Assembly: GCA_903944345.1 (NCBI GenBank)
Contig: CAJARJ010000012.1
Span: 68,266-132,265, forward strand
Direction of reading: 5' to 3'
From: Candidatus Omnitrophota bacterium
Lineage (GTDB): Bacteria > Omnitrophota > Gorgyraeia > Zapsychrales > Fredricksoniimonadaceae
DNA length: 64,000 nucleotides
The translations under genes and the position numbers were made by a program. Positions 48,801 through 60,295 of this stretch are shown piece by piece. The notes under the pieces were generated by a model. It was not told the origin of the DNA and did no database searches. It saw nothing but the letters and a program-made list of their open reading frames with translations. Each line of letters starts with the position of its first letter. The first letter of the stretch is position 1.

Positions 48801-49601
48801 CTAGACAGCGGGTGGAATAACGTCGGGATTTGCAACCGCCTCGCCCGTAGCAGACTGGGCAGGATGCGGAACAACCTTTATCTGGTCTGTATTGCGCAGC
48901 AATTCGATATCCGAAAAAACTCTCTTCTGAACTATAACCAGTTCTTTCATGCGGCAAAGTTCCAGTACGGCCATGAACGTCACAATCACTTCCATCTTGC
49001 TGGAAGCCCGCTCAAAAAGCTCATCCAGACGCACCGATGTCTGGGCCAGAAGGACATGCAGAATCTGGTGAACTTTCTCCTCGACTGTAAACTCTTCACG
49101 CACAATTTCGTAAGTGGTCTTCTCGGGTTTTCTCTGAAGAGCTTTGCTCAGGGATGTGACCAGGTCAAAAAGATTGGCTTCAAAATAAACCTCTTTGGAT
49201 TCTTCCCGGATCTGCTGGGCAGCCTCGGTGTCAATCCTGCGGGGGAAAAGGTCAGAACGTTGCTCTCCGCGAAGGCGCAACTCTTCGGCGGCCTCACGAA
49301 TACGCTGATATTCTTCGATCTTGCGCACCAGTTCAGCGCGAGGATCTTCCTGTTCTTCCTCGGCAGAGGGATCCGGAGGAAGCAGCATTCTGGACTTGAT
49401 CCGCAACAGTTCGGCCGCCATCACCAGAAACTCGCCAATCCCGTCAAGATCCATCATCTTCATGACTTCTATATACTGGATATATTGCTCGGTGACGGCT
49501 ACGATAGGGATATCATAGATATTGATCTCGTCTTTTTTGATGAGATACAATAACAGATCAAGAGGCCCCTCAAAAAAGTCGAGATGAAGTTTGCAGCTCA
49601 T
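48801..49601 (-). CDS. scpA: Segregation and condensation protein A.
   Basis: FEGPLDLLLYLIKKDEINIYDIPI. Confidence 0.8.
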   Translation of the reverse strand: MSCKLHLDFFEGPLDLLLYLIKKDEINIYDIPIVAVTEQYIQYIEVMKMMDLDGIGEFLVMAAELLRIKSRMLLPPDPSAEEEQEDPRAELVRKIEEYQRIREAAEELRLRGEQRSDLFPRRIDTEAAQQIREESKEVYFEANLFDLVTSLSKALQRKPEKTTYEIVREEFTVEEKVHQILHVLLAQTSVRLDELFERASSKMEVIVTFMAVLELCRMKELVIVQKRVFSDIELLRNTDQIKVVPHPAQSATGEAVANPDVIPPAV

Positions 49602-50578
49602 CCGAAAACCGCCTCCCGAACCTCGCGCATGGTAGCCTGAGCCAGAAGACGGGCCTGCTCGGCTCCCCGATCCAGAATATTCTGAACATAAGAAAGATCC
49701 TGGGTGAGCCTGGTACGACGCTCGCGAATCGGACGCAAATACTCGATAATGGCCTCAGCTAAAATCTTTTTACAGTCCGTACAACCTTTGGTTGCACCGG
49801 AACACCAGGAAATGACGTCCTCGGCCCGCTCGGGGCAAAAAGCCTTGTAATACGAAAAAACATTACACTCCTGGGGATGCCCGGGATCGGTCAGACGTAT
49901 ACGCCTGGGATCCGTGATCATGCTGCGAACTTTTTTGACTATCTCTTCCGGAGAATCGGAAAGATTAATGGCATTCTGATAACTCTTGGACATCTTGCGC
50001 CCATCCATGCCCAATAAACGCGATGTAGGCGTCAAGATAGCCTTGCAATCCGTAAAAAACTCGCGTTTATATATAAAATTGAATCTGCGCGCAATTTCCC
50101 TGGTCAACTCCAGATGCGGCAGCTGGTCTTCTCCAATTGGAACAGCCTGGGCTTTGTAAAGAAGAATGTCGGCCGCCTGCAAAACCGGATAACCAAGAAA
50201 GGCGTACGTCTGCAAATCGCGGGAAGTAATTTCGCGTAATTGCTCTTTGTAAGTAGGATTACGTTCAAGCCATCCGAGCGGTGTCAGGCAGGAAAGAACC
50301 ATCTGTAATTCCAGATGTTCAGGAACACGGGACTGGACAAAAACAATCGAACGCTCGGGATCAACACCGCAAGCCAACCAGTCAATGGCCATATCAAGAA
50401 TGTCGGCCTTGATACGGGAGGTGTTTTCATATTCACCCATCAGAGCATGCCAGTCCACTATAGAATAGACACAACGATGCGTTTCCTGAAGGGTGACCCA
50501 GCTCTGAAGCGCTCCGACAAGATGGCCAAGATGAAGCTTGCCGGTTGGCCGCATTCCACTGAAAACCGTCTGTATCAT
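49598..50578 (-). CDS. trpS: Tryptophanyl-tRNA synthetase.
   Basis: FSGMRPTGKLHLGH and KMSKS. Confidence 0.9.
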   Translation of the reverse strand: MIQTVFSGMRPTGKLHLGHLVGALQSWVTLQETHRCVYSIVDWHALMGEYENTSRIKADILDMAIDWLACGVDPERSIVFVQSRVPEHLELQMVLSCLTPLGWLERNPTYKEQLREITSRDLQTYAFLGYPVLQAADILLYKAQAVPIGEDQLPHLELTREIARRFNFIYKREFFTDCKAILTPTSRLLGMDGRKMSKSYQNAINLSDSPEEIVKKVRSMITDPRRIRLTDPGHPQECNVFSYYKAFCPERAEDVISWCSGATKGCTDCKKILAEAIIEYLRPIRERRTRLTQDLSYVQNILDRGAEQARLLAQATMREVREAVFG

Positions 50579-53091
50579 AGTTTGCGTGCGATCTGCTCGA
50601 TCTGGAATGCCTCAATAAGATCGCCTACCTGGTACTTGTCAAAACCGCTGACAGAAATTCCGCATTCAAACCCTTCATTGACTTCCCGCACATCGTCCTT
50701 GAAGCGCTTGAGAGCGGAAATCTTTCCGGTATGGATAACTTCCGTATTACGTATCACATCCACGTCCAGTTTCTGCTTCATTTTGCCTTTGAGCATAAAG
50801 CAACCCGCAACAGTGCCCGACTTGGAAAGCTTGAACACCTGACGAATTTCGGCCCGTGCAATAAAATGACGCTTGAGTTCGGGACGCAGAAGACCTTCAA
50901 GAGCAGACTTCACATCATTGACCGCGTCATAAATAATATTGTATTTTCTGATCTCGACCGAAGTCTTGAGCAATTCGTCCTCGGCATCCGAACTGGTGGG
51001 CACATTAAAAGCAATAATGATCGCTTTCGAAACCGCCGCCAGGATGATGTCCGAAGAATTGATACTGCCTACAGCTGTATGAATAAAACGGATGGCGACT
51101 TCCTTGTTCTCGGCCGGTATTTTCAACAGAGAATCACGAATAGCCTCGAGTGAACCCTGCACATCCGCCTTAAGAATAATATTCAGATCCCTGACCTCTC
51201 CGGTAAGACGTTTGGCCAACACATCCTCGAGGGTAACCTTGGAGGTAGAGCGCAGACGTTCCGCCTTGAGCTTTTCTTCACGCTCAGCCGCAATATCACG
51301 GGCTGTCCGCTCATCCTGGACGACAAAAAACTTCTCTCCCGCCTCAGGAACCGCTGATAGCCCAAGAACCTCGACCGGACGTGAAGGCCCCGCTTCGCGC
51401 ACATTCCGCTTGCGGTCGTCAAACATAGCCTTAACTCTTCCGTAATACGGACCAACCACCAGAATATCACCTTCTTTTAATGTTCCACTTTGAACAATCA
51501 ACGTGGCCATTGCCCCCTTGCCGGCACTCATATGTGCTTCGACAACAATACCAGCGGCCTTTTTAGAAGGATTCGCTCTAAGTTCCAACATCTCTGACTC
51601 AAGCAAAATCATTTCGAGCAACTGGTCAATCCCCTGTCCGGTATGTGCGGAAACAGGAATCATCACCGTCTTCCCGCCCCAGTCTTCAGGCATAAGCTCA
51701 TGCTGCATCAGCTGCTTTTTGGCAGCATCTATATCGACATCAGGACGATCAACCTTGTTGAGCGCGACCACAATCGGAACTCCCGCTGCACGAGCGTGAT
51801 CAATAGCTTCAATCGTCTGGGGCATAACCCCTTCGTTAGCCGCCACAACCAGAACTACAATATCGGTAATATGTGCTCCGCGGGAACGCATGGCCGTAAA
51901 GGCCGCGTGGCCAGGAGTATCAAGAAAAGTAATCGTGCCACGCGGAATATGCACAGAATAAGCCTGAATATGCTGGGTGATTCCTCCATGCTCACTATTT
52001 GCGACTTTCGTTTTGCGGATCGCATCGAGCAATGAAGTCTTTCCGTGATCAACGTGTCCCATAAATGTCACCACAGGCGCTCGCGGCAACAAAAGGGAAG
52101 GATCATCTTTTTCCTGCTCATGCGTGGCCATCTGCTGCTGCTCGGATGTTTTAGCCTGCACCAGATTATAACCAAACTCGCGACAAAGTTTTCCTGCCAA
52201 TTCTTCCCCGAGATTCTGGTTGATATTGGCAAAAACACCCGTGCCCATAAGAATCTTGAGCAAGGCATTGGCTTTCTGTTGAAGCTTGAACGCCAGATCA
52301 CCAACCGAAACAGGCAACTTAATCTCCAGATCCTGCAACGGACCATCACGTTTAAGCTCGGGTGGCGGAGGTGCATCCGGAAGTTTGACATCGGTTTTGG
52401 ATGGCTGATACGGCCTGGCCCCATCAGGTGAGGAGGGATCAATACGTTTCTTGCCATGCGTCAAAGGCTTGACCGCCACAAATTCCGGCTGAGGCGCTGC
52501 ATTCTTGACAATCTTTCGGGTAACTTTGGTAACAACTTTTTTACCATTTTCGTAAGTGACTCTTTCCTCAGTCACCGTTTCAAACTGGCGAGAATCCTGG
52601 GCAACCACAGGTGCTGCCGGCACAGACTCGACAACAGGAACATTTTCCAGATCGGACAAACGAGCAACCTTGGGCAGATTCTGCCGGAGCACCTGGACAG
52701 GCTTCTTGTCCTGTGCCTGAATATCTGCTGCCGACGGCTGCGGTTCATTTTCAGTCTCAGTTCCGATCCGGGAAATTTCCTGCGAAGAAATAACCGGAGC
52801 TGGAAGCTCAACTTCGTTAGGAAGCTTAACGGGATCAGACTCGTTCTTAAGCTTTGCCTCTTTGGCAGCGGCAGCTACAGGAGCTTTCTTGACTGCAGGC
52901 TTGCGAACCGGCTTTTTGGGCGCTTCCTTGACCAAAAGTCCTTTTTCTTCCAACTCCCCTTTCAACAGAGCGATAACCGCCGGACTCAACTCCTGGTCTT
53001 CGCCCTTGACCCTTAACTTCATGTTTTTCAGGGTGGAAATAAGGACATCTTCGGTAATATTAATCTTTTTGGCCAGGTCACGCAAAAGCAT
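50575..53091 (-). CDS. infB: Translation initiation factor IF-2.
   Basis: [13 protein letters not shown]-domain; 838 aa. Confidence 0.9.
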   Translation of the reverse strand: MLLRDLAKKINITEDVLISTLKNMKLRVKGEDQELSPAVIALLKGELEEKGLLVKEAPKKPVRKPAVKKAPVAAAAKEAKLKNESDPVKLPNEVELPAPVISSQEISRIGTETENEPQPSAADIQAQDKKPVQVLRQNLPKVARLSDLENVPVVESVPAAPVVAQDSRQFETVTEERVTYENGKKVVTKVTRKIVKNAAPQPEFVAVKPLTHGKKRIDPSSPDGARPYQPSKTDVKLPDAPPPPELKRDGPLQDLEIKLPVSVGDLAFKLQQKANALLKILMGTGVFANINQNLGEELAGKLCREFGYNLVQAKTSEQQQMATHEQEKDDPSLLLPRAPVVTFMGHVDHGKTSLLDAIRKTKVANSEHGGITQHIQAYSVHIPRGTITFLDTPGHAAFTAMRSRGAHITDIVVLVVAANEGVMPQTIEAIDHARAAGVPIVVALNKVDRPDVDIDAAKKQLMQHELMPEDWGGKTVMIPVSAHTGQGIDQLLEMILLESEMLELRANPSKKAAGIVVEAHMSAGKGAMATLIVQSGTLKEGDILVVGPYYGRVKAMFDDRKRNVREAGPSRPVEVLGLSAVPEAGEKFFVVQDERTARDIAAEREEKLKAERLRSTSKVTLEDVLAKRLTGEVRDLNIILKADVQGSLEAIRDSLLKIPAENKEVAIRFIHTAVGSINSSDIILAAVSKAIIIAFNVPTSSDAEDELLKTSVEIRKYNIIYDAVNDVKSALEGLLRPELKRHFIARAEIRQVFKLSKSGTVAGCFMLKGKMKQKLDVDVIRNTEVIHTGKISALKRFKDDVREVNEGFECGISVSGFDKYQVGDLIEAFQIEQIARKL

Positions 53092-53132
53092 AATTAATGT
53101 CTTTCTCCGCGTATAAAAGCAGTGGTAAAATT

Positions 53133-54206
53133 CTATTTATCTTCGCTTGCCTCGTCATTATCCTGCGCATCGGAAAGTTCTCCCGCAGGCTGTTCGGATG
53201 TTTTTTCTTCGACAACCTCTTCAATGACTTCTTCTGTCTGTTCAGTCCCCGCCTTGAGATGCTCTTCCCATTGTTTGGCAGAAAAAATGTCCAGCTCCCA
53301 GCCTACAAGCTTGCTGGCCAGGCGAACATTCTGTCCGTAACGCCCGATCGAAATGGAAAGCTGATCGTCAGCGACGATAATATTAACCTTTTTCTCTGCG
53401 GGAAGAAGCTGAATCTGGGAAATCTCAGCGGGAGAAAGAGCCGCCTGGATGTATTCCTTGATATCAGACGAATACCGTACAATATCAATCTTTTCCCCGT
53501 GCAGTTCATTGACAATATTCTTGACCCGTGAACCGCGCATCCCCACACATGCTCCAACGCAATCAACCTTATCATCCTTGGAATAAACCGAAATCTTCGT
53601 CCGCTCGCCCGGATCGCGGGCAATGGCCTTGACCTCGATAATACCTTCAAAAATCTCGGGGACTTCCAGTTCAAACAGGCGCTTGACAAAATTTGGATGC
53701 GCACGGGAAAGAATAATCTGCGGGCCACGTGACTCACGCTGAACCTCAAGGACAAGAGCACGGGCACGATCTCCCTGACGGAACTCTTCCTTGCCGCACA
53801 TCTCGCTGCGCGGGATAATGGCTTCAGCCTTGCCCAGATCCACAATCACATTGCCGCGATCAAAACGGTAAACGCTACCCGAAATAATAGCCCCGAGACG
53901 GGCACTGTATTCGGCATAAATAACATCTTTTTCCGCTTCGCGGATCTTCTGGAAAACAACCTGTTTGGCTGTTTGCGCCGCGATACGACCAAATTCGCTG
54001 GAGCGAATTTCCTGTCCGTTAGCATAGGCTGTAATCTTGCCGCTCTTCAGGTCAAGTTTTGCTGTAACATCTTCTTCCTTGTCTACAGTCCAGACCTTGC
54101 GTGCGGCCGAAGCGACCGCGGCCTCTACCGCCTGAATAAGGACATCCTTGCTGATGCCTTTATCGCGTTCGATCTGTTCCAGGATGGCCATCAGTTCGCT
54201 TTCCAT
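53133..54206 (-). CDS. nusA: Transcription termination/antitermination factor NusA (with an acidic C-terminal tail).
   Basis: S1 and KH domains; 357 aa. Confidence 0.85.
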   Translation of the reverse strand: MESELMAILEQIERDKGISKDVLIQAVEAAVASAARKVWTVDKEEDVTAKLDLKSGKITAYANGQEIRSSEFGRIAAQTAKQVVFQKIREAEKDVIYAEYSARLGAIISGSVYRFDRGNVIVDLGKAEAIIPRSEMCGKEEFRQGDRARALVLEVQRESRGPQIILSRAHPNFVKRLFELEVPEIFEGIIEVKAIARDPGERTKISVYSKDDKVDCVGACVGMRGSRVKNIVNELHGEKIDIVRYSSDIKEYIQAALSPAEISQIQLLPAEKKVNIIVADDQLSISIGRYGQNVRLASKLVGWELDIFSAKQWEEHLKAGTEQTEEVIEEVVEEKTSEQPAGELSDAQDNDEASEDK

Positions 54207-54218
54207 GAGTCAGTACTC

Positions 54219-54680
54219 CTAAATAATTACCTGTTTACCTTTTTTCAGAACGCAGAACGGGATCAGGCAGTCCTCTTTCTTCGTCCTTATCACAAAATGT
54301 TCTTCAGTGACATCCACCAGCTCTCCCTGCCACTGTGTCTTGCCGTTACACGCCTCAGCCAGAAAAACCAGCACATCCCGGCCAACAACCCGGCGGAAAT
54401 CACGATATCCCAACAAATCGCGATCAAGCCCCGGGGAAGATACTTCGAGAGTATATTTGCCGTCAGGAAGAACTTCCTCATAGATCTGCTCGTCAACCTG
54501 ACGATTAAGGGACGAACAGTCATCTATCGTAACACCGCCTGTCGGGCGGTCGGCATACAAACGGATCGAAACACCATTGCGGGATACACTAAGAGCTGTT
54601 TCGACAAGATCAAGACCCAATCCGGCTGCTTTTGCTTCGGCTATCTTTGCAACAGTCTGTTTCAGGTCTTCTGTATCCAA
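54219..54680 (-). CDS. rimP: Ribosome maturation factor RimP.
   Basis: 153 aa, upstream of nusA. Confidence 0.75.
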   Translation of the reverse strand: MDTEDLKQTVAKIAEAKAAGLGLDLVETALSVSRNGVSIRLYADRPTGGVTIDDCSSLNRQVDEQIYEEVLPDGKYTLEVSSPGLDRDLLGYRDFRRVVGRDVLVFLAEACNGKTQWQGELVDVTEEHFVIRTKKEDCLIPFCVLKKGKQVII

Positions 54681-54690
54681 AATTATTGCC

Positions 54691-55875
54691 TCATTGTGAC
54701 ATCAACGATTTGATCCTGGCCAACACATTCTCACAAGCAACCGTCTCGGAAGCCGCACAGGAACGCGACCTGATTTCGACCGCTCCCTGGGCAAGGCTGC
54801 GCTTGCCGATAACAATGCGCAAAGGTATCCCGACAAGATCGGCGTCATTGAACTTGAAGCCTGCGCTTTCATCGCGGTCGTCCATTAAAACATCAATCCC
54901 CGATTTTGTCAACTCATCATAATAAGACTGCGCCAATGACATGACCTGTGGATCGGTCGTCTGCAAAGGCAGGATTTCGACCGAGAAAGGTGCAACCGCC
55001 AAAGGCCAGACAATCCCCTTTTCATCATGATGGACTTCAATTATAGTTGCCAAAAGACGGCTTACCCCGATCCCGTAACATCCCATGATTAAAGGATGCT
55101 GTTTGCCCTGTTCGTCAACATAAAGAGCGCCAAGGGCTTCGGAGTATTTCGTTCCCAGCTGAAAAATATGCCCAACTTCAATACACTGCTGTTCAGTGCC
55201 ATCTGCCGCCTTGACCTTATCCTCGCCAATCGGGGCAGGGACAAGAAACTCATGAGAAACACGCCCCCCCATGGCCCCCGAATCCGCCTCGGCAATAACC
55301 GGATCCAGACCGCAGCGGGCAAAAATATTTTTGTATGCCTGAAACATGGCATCGTAATTCTTCTGTAATCCGGCCATGCTGGTGTCAAAACTATAAGCGT
55401 CTTTCATGATAAACTCGCAAGCCCGGACTACACCAAAACGCGGACGTGTTTCATCTCGAAACTTGGTCTGAATCTGATACAGTGTGACGGGAAGCTGGCG
55501 ATAGGAATGAACAAAAGCTTTGACCAGATCGGTAATAATTTCCTCATGAGTAGGCCCCAGACACATGGCCGTTCCGCGCTTGGTATTAAACTGGATCATA
55601 ACCTCGGCCAGAGTTTTATCCCGGCCGGTTTTCTGCCAGACATCCAGCGGCTGAAGCGCTGGCATAAGGAGTTCATGTGCTCCCGCCGCGTTCATTTCCT
55701 TGCGGATAATCTCGGAAATCTTGCCCAATACACGCAAACCCAAAGGCAGATAGGAATAAACTCCGGAAGTCAGCATGTGCACAAGACCTGCCCGCAGAAG
55801 CAGGCGATGGCTGGCGGCCTCTGTTCCGGCAGGGACCTCTTTAATCGTTGGAATAAAATACTGCGACCATTTCAT
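54691..55875 (-). CDS. proS: Prolyl-tRNA synthetase (short form without editing insertion).
   Basis: Class II motifs. Start at MKWSQYF. Confidence 0.75.
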   Translation of the reverse strand: MKWSQYFIPTIKEVPAGTEAASHRLLLRAGLVHMLTSGVYSYLPLGLRVLGKISEIIRKEMNAAGAHELLMPALQPLDVWQKTGRDKTLAEVMIQFNTKRGTAMCLGPTHEEIITDLVKAFVHSYRQLPVTLYQIQTKFRDETRPRFGVVRACEFIMKDAYSFDTSMAGLQKNYDAMFQAYKNIFARCGLDPVIAEADSGAMGGRVSHEFLVPAPIGEDKVKAADGTEQQCIEVGHIFQLGTKYSEALGALYVDEQGKQHPLIMGCYGIGVSRLLATIIEVHHDEKGIVWPLAVAPFSVEILPLQTTDPQVMSLAQSYYDELTKSGIDVLMDDRDESAGFKFNDADLVGIPLRIVIGKRSLAQGAVEIRSRSCAASETVACENVLARIKSLMSQ

Positions 55876-55885
55876 AATTACCTCT

Positions 55886-57190
55886 CTAGGCTGAAAAGAA
55901 ATCTTCCGGAAGCCGGACATTACGTTTAACAAATTTATCATGAAACGATGGCAGTTTGCGATTCATTTTCCAGTGACCATGCACCTTGCCATCATCTTCA
56001 ATACGATCCCGGACAAAAACAAAAACATCTTCCAGTGTGGCCAAATCCCTTTCCCGGTCAAACCTTAAATCAGTCACATTGACCACCCGGCGAACACCAT
56101 CCATGAATAACTCGACGTAAACGATAAGATCAATGGAAGTCGCGATCTGCCGCCGGATCTGATCCCCGCTCAGGCGAATCCCCGACATGAGCATCATGGT
56201 GATCATACGGTTAAAGCATTCTTCGGGAGAATCCGCGTGAATGATGGCCATGGTACCGGAATGCCCTGAAGAAATCGACTGGATCATATCCAGAATTTCT
56301 TCTCCGCGAACCTCACCAATAATGATACGGTCCGGACGCATACGCAGACAATTGACAAAAAGATCCCTGATCGAAACCAGGCCCTTGCCTTCGATATTGA
56401 CCGCCTTGGACTGCAGCGCCACCACATGTTCCTGCAAAAGCCGCAGCTCAGCCGTATCCTCGATAGTGATAATGCGCTCTTCCTCCGGAATATGGCGAGA
56501 AAGAACATTGAGCATGGTCGTCTTGCCAGACCCCGTCGCTCCGCAAAAAATAATATTCAACTTGGCTTTAACCGCCGCCAGCAGAAAGGTGGAAATCTGC
56601 GGACTCATGGTTCCCAGTTCAATCAGGTTTTCAACTGTTCCTATGTCCCGCGAAAATTTACGAATTGTGATAATCGGACCAATAATGGAACAAGGAGGAA
56701 TGATCACATTGATACGTGACCCGTCGGGCATCGCAAAATCAACATAAGGCTGGGATTCATCCACACGCCGGCTTGAGCCTGAGGACGCCAGCATCTTTTG
56801 TATGGTATGCATAAGATGGGCATTGTCGTCAAACCTGACGTCTGTCTTTAAAATATGTCCGGCCTTCTGGATATAAACCTGCTTGTAACCGTTGATCATG
56901 ATCTCGGTGACATCATTGTCTTCCATGAAAGGACGTATCGGACCCAGACTCATGACCGCACTGGCCAGCTCACGAATGAGCCGGGCGCGATTCTCGAAGG
57001 AGACTTCCATTTCAATCTCTTTGCAAAGACTGGTTACGGACCGGTCAACAAACAAGCGTAGCTGGTCTTCGTTCAGAGAATCTTTGACTTTAAGAAAGTC
57101 GGTCTTCGAGATCAGATAACGATGTATACGGGACTTAACTTCTTCGTAGTCATTAATACTCCCGTTATTATTGTTGTTATTCATCGTCAA
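55886..57190 (-). CDS. CpaF/TadA-family secretion ATPase (T2SSE fold) with an N-terminal poly-Asn tract.
   Basis: Walker A GATGSGKTT, Walker B RIIIGEVRG, His box GHSGTMAIIHA. Confidence 0.7.
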   Translation of the reverse strand: MTMNNNNNNGSINDYEEVKSRIHRYLISKTDFLKVKDSLNEDQLRLFVDRSVTSLCKEIEMEVSFENRARLIRELASAVMSLGPIRPFMEDNDVTEIMINGYKQVYIQKAGHILKTDVRFDDNAHLMHTIQKMLASSGSSRRVDESQPYVDFAMPDGSRINVIIPPCSIIGPIITIRKFSRDIGTVENLIELGTMSPQISTFLLAAVKAKLNIIFCGATGSGKTTMLNVLSRHIPEEERIITIEDTAELRLLQEHVVALQSKAVNIEGKGLVSIRDLFVNCLRMRPDRIIIGEVRGEEILDMIQSISSGHSGTMAIIHADSPEECFNRMITMMLMSGIRLSGDQIRRQIATSIDLIVYVELFMDGVRRVVNVTDLRFDRERDLATLEDVFVFVRDRIEDDGKVHGHWKMNRKLPSFHDKFVKRNVRLPEDFFSA

Positions 57191-58308
57191 CCTTTCGTTG
57201 GCAGGAAGGATAATATTTTATCAATTAGGCCAATGCGTTCAAAGTCCAGATAAAAAACAAAAACAGCCAGTACAATAATAAGGGCGAAACCGGCTTTATT
57301 CAAAAGATCATCCGCTTTATCAGATAACGGACGCCCGCGCAACTTCTCCAGTCCGTTAAGAAAAATATGCCCCCCGTCCAGCGGGATAAGCGGCAGAAGG
57401 TTAAAAATCGCCAGACTGGCGCTGATAACCCCTACGATGTGCAGAAGAAAAGCGAAGCCGACTCCGGCAGCGAACTTGATGATAAAGAAAATCCCGATCA
57501 ATCCGGTCATTCCCTCACGGGCAGCACGCTGTCCGGTTATCATCTGCCAGAATGCCTGGTAAGTTTTTGCTGTCACCATCCAGAGTTCTTTAGCCCCTTC
57601 AACCAACGCACGCCCGAAACCGTATCGGCGGACAAAACGGCTGTCCGGCTTGATATCTTCGTCAGGTTTGATACCAATTCTGGAAACCGGACGTTCCCTC
57701 CCGAACAGATCTTTACCCTTTTCTACCACTGGAACAACTTGCAGGGCCGTCGCCTCTCCTGCGCGGTCAAGGGATAACTGCAAGGGGGCACCCTTGGCAT
57801 CAGCTATAATATCCTGCATCTCCCCCCAACCAGACACCGTCGTTCCATTAACCGCCAGGATGGTATCGCCTGAGCGCAAGCCCGCCAAAGCCGCCGGAGA
57901 GCCGCTGATCACAGTGCCTATGCGTGCCGGCATGGCTGTCACGGCTGCATCCATATCCAGATAGCCAAGCATAAACACAAGAGTGAAACAGACATAAGCA
58001 AAAACATAGTTAACCACCGGCCCCATAACCGCGATCAACGCCCTGTGCCCTGGAGACTTGGTAAAAAACTCATCCGAGGCCCCCTGACATTTACCACGCT
58101 CATCGCCAGACATTTTTACATAACCACCCAAAGGAATCAGGCATAACCGGAAACTGGTGCCGTCAAATGTCCAGGACGTCAGTTTGGGACCAAAACCCAA
58201 AGCGAACTCCTCAACCCTGACTCCAAGCTTTTTAGCAGCGAAATAATGCCCTGCTTCGTGCACGATAATCAAAAGTCCGAGAATGACTGCAAAAACAAGA
58301 ATCATCAT
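57187..58308 (-). CDS. rseP: RIP site-2 metalloprotease (RseP/RasP family).
   Basis: HEAGHY motif, PDZ domain, LDG motif. Confidence 0.8.
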   Translation of the reverse strand: MMILVFAVILGLLIIVHEAGHYFAAKKLGVRVEEFALGFGPKLTSWTFDGTSFRLCLIPLGGYVKMSGDERGKCQGASDEFFTKSPGHRALIAVMGPVVNYVFAYVCFTLVFMLGYLDMDAAVTAMPARIGTVISGSPAALAGLRSGDTILAVNGTTVSGWGEMQDIIADAKGAPLQLSLDRAGEATALQVVPVVEKGKDLFGRERPVSRIGIKPDEDIKPDSRFVRRYGFGRALVEGAKELWMVTAKTYQAFWQMITGQRAAREGMTGLIGIFFIIKFAAGVGFAFLLHIVGVISASLAIFNLLPLIPLDGGHIFLNGLEKLRGRPLSDKADDLLNKAGFALIIVLAVFVFYLDFERIGLIDKILSFLPTKG

Positions 58309-59468
58309 TTTATTCCCTTCAGAAAATCTTCAGTTTTCAAACGCGCCCAGGCATCCGCACAGCGGATATCCTCAAGTGAAGGTGCCGCAACACTACGATG
58401 CGCCATAACCGTCTTTTCAACCAGTCGGAAAATCCCGCTTAACCGAATGCGATTTTTTAAGAAAGCTTCTACAGCAACTTCATCGGCGGCATTGAGAACG
58501 GCCGGGAATGTCCCGCCTTTGCGGGCAGCATAATAAGCCAGCTCAAGAGCAGGAAATGATTTGGTGTCCGGAAGCTCAAAATGCAATTTACCTATGGAGG
58601 CCAGATCAAGTGGCTTGAGCGCACTTTTCATCCGCCGGGGATACGTCAAGGCATACTGCAAAGGAAGTCGCATATCGGTAATACCCAACTGTGCCAGCCA
58701 GGCTCCATCCACAAACTCGACCAGCGAATGAATAATCGCTTCAGGATGCACAAGAACTTTAACTTTATCCACACTCATATTAAACAAACGCATGGCTTCA
58801 ATCACCTCAAAGCCTTTGTTCATTAGTGTGGCTGAATCAACAGTAATTTTGGTTCCCATCTTCCAGCGCGGATGCGCCAGGATCCGGTCAACAGAAACCT
58901 TGTCATGCTCGCGCCGCGGAAGACCGCGCAAAGCTCCCCCGGATGCGGTCAGATGCAGCGCCCGGACAGACAACGGATCACAATCGTGCAAACACTGGAA
59001 TATGGCGCTTTGCTCGCTGTCCACAGGGATTACCCTGGCGCCGCTCTGTGCGGCCGCTTGCATAATAATATGACCGGCGATCACCAGCGCTTCCTTGTTG
59101 GCCGGTGCAATTGTTTTTCCCGCCCGGGCCGCCGCCAGAAAAGGATCCAGCGCAACTGCACCAGTCAGGGCAATCACCACAATATCCGCCTCCTTGAGAG
59201 CCGCCATCCGGGACAAGGAATCAGGCGAAGTATCCGATATCTTTCTTCGGGTTACGCCGCTGGCTTTTGCTACAAAATCAATATGCTCGGGAGCTATAGC
59301 AGCATAGCGGGGTTTAAACTGCCTGAGCTGCCGTGCAAAAAGTAATTTATTGTTAAAAGCACTTAAAGCAAGAACCTCGAAACGCTCCGGCATCCGTGCG
59401 ATAACATCAAGAGTATTGATGCCCACAGATCCTGTCGAACCGAGAATTACAACGCGTTTCCTGGGCAT
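58305..59468 (-). CDS. dxr: 1-deoxy-D-xylulose 5-phosphate reductoisomerase.
   Basis: VVILGSTGSVGINTLDV. Confidence 0.9.
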   Translation of the reverse strand: MPRKRVVILGSTGSVGINTLDVIARMPERFEVLALSAFNNKLLFARQLRQFKPRYAAIAPEHIDFVAKASGVTRRKISDTSPDSLSRMAALKEADIVVIALTGAVALDPFLAAARAGKTIAPANKEALVIAGHIIMQAAAQSGARVIPVDSEQSAIFQCLHDCDPLSVRALHLTASGGALRGLPRREHDKVSVDRILAHPRWKMGTKITVDSATLMNKGFEVIEAMRLFNMSVDKVKVLVHPEAIIHSLVEFVDGAWLAQLGITDMRLPLQYALTYPRRMKSALKPLDLASIGKLHFELPDTKSFPALELAYYAARKGGTFPAVLNAADEVAVEAFLKNRIRLSGIFRLVEKTVMAHRSVAAPSLEDIRCADAWARLKTEDFLKGIK

Positions 59469-59473
59469 GAATA

Positions 59474-60295
59474 TTAGAGCTGAGTTAATGTTGAACTCAT
59501 ATACAAATAAAAGGCAGGTGCGGAAAATAAAAGACTGTCAATAATATCCAGCACCCCTCCCATCCCTGGCAGTAATCGCCCCGAATCCTTGACATTACAA
59601 TCTCGCTTAAGCAAAGACTCGGAAAGATCCCCCAACTGACCAAGTCCTCCGAAAAAACACCCCATCAACGCAACAAGTGAAACTGTAAAATATGGAACCG
59701 GCGGAAGCCAGGAACGACACAAAACCGCTACCAGAGCGCTCAGAAAAAGTCCGCCCAACGTCCCCTCCACCGATTTGTTCGGACTGACTCTGGGCAAGAG
59801 CGGATGCTTACCAAAAGCACTGCCAATCAGATAGCCGCCGACATCTCCGGCTTTGGTCACAAGGATAATGAATGCCAGCAGCTTGGCGCCTTCCATACCA
59901 GGCAAAAGAAGACGAATCTTGACCAGAAAACTGAAAAACCACGACACATAAATAACCCCGAACATAGTCGTGGAAAGACCAAGAATCGCGTTACGATTAT
60001 CGTTACGCGCAAACTGCATAAGAAGTATAAGCAGGAAACCGCAAACAATAAACAGCAATTCCCAATTTCTTGTCAGCTCAAATCGGAAAAAGATAGATAA
60101 AGGAATCAGAAGTCCGATAAAGATTCCGGTGTAACTGTAGATAGGAATGTCTTTCTTCTTGATCAGATAAAAAAATTCGTAAAGACCACCGGCAGTCAAA
60201 AAAAGAGCGAGAAGAATAAAAACAAATGGATTAAAAATAGCCAGGGTGGTAACTCCTACCCCGATTACACTGCTAATCAGTCGCGAATAACTCAT
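59474..60295 (-). CDS. cdsA: Phosphatidate cytidylyltransferase.
   Basis: 273 aa polytopic protein with a C-terminal CTP-transferase signature. Confidence 0.8.
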   Translation of the reverse strand: MSYSRLISSVIGVGVTTLAIFNPFVFILLALFLTAGGLYEFFYLIKKKDIPIYSYTGIFIGLLIPLSIFFRFELTRNWELLFIVCGFLLILLMQFARNDNRNAILGLSTTMFGVIYVSWFFSFLVKIRLLLPGMEGAKLLAFIILVTKAGDVGGYLIGSAFGKHPLLPRVSPNKSVEGTLGGLFLSALVAVLCRSWLPPVPYFTVSLVALMGCFFGGLGQLGDLSESLLKRDCNVKDSGRLLPGMGGVLDIIDSLLFSAPAFYLYMSSTLTQL

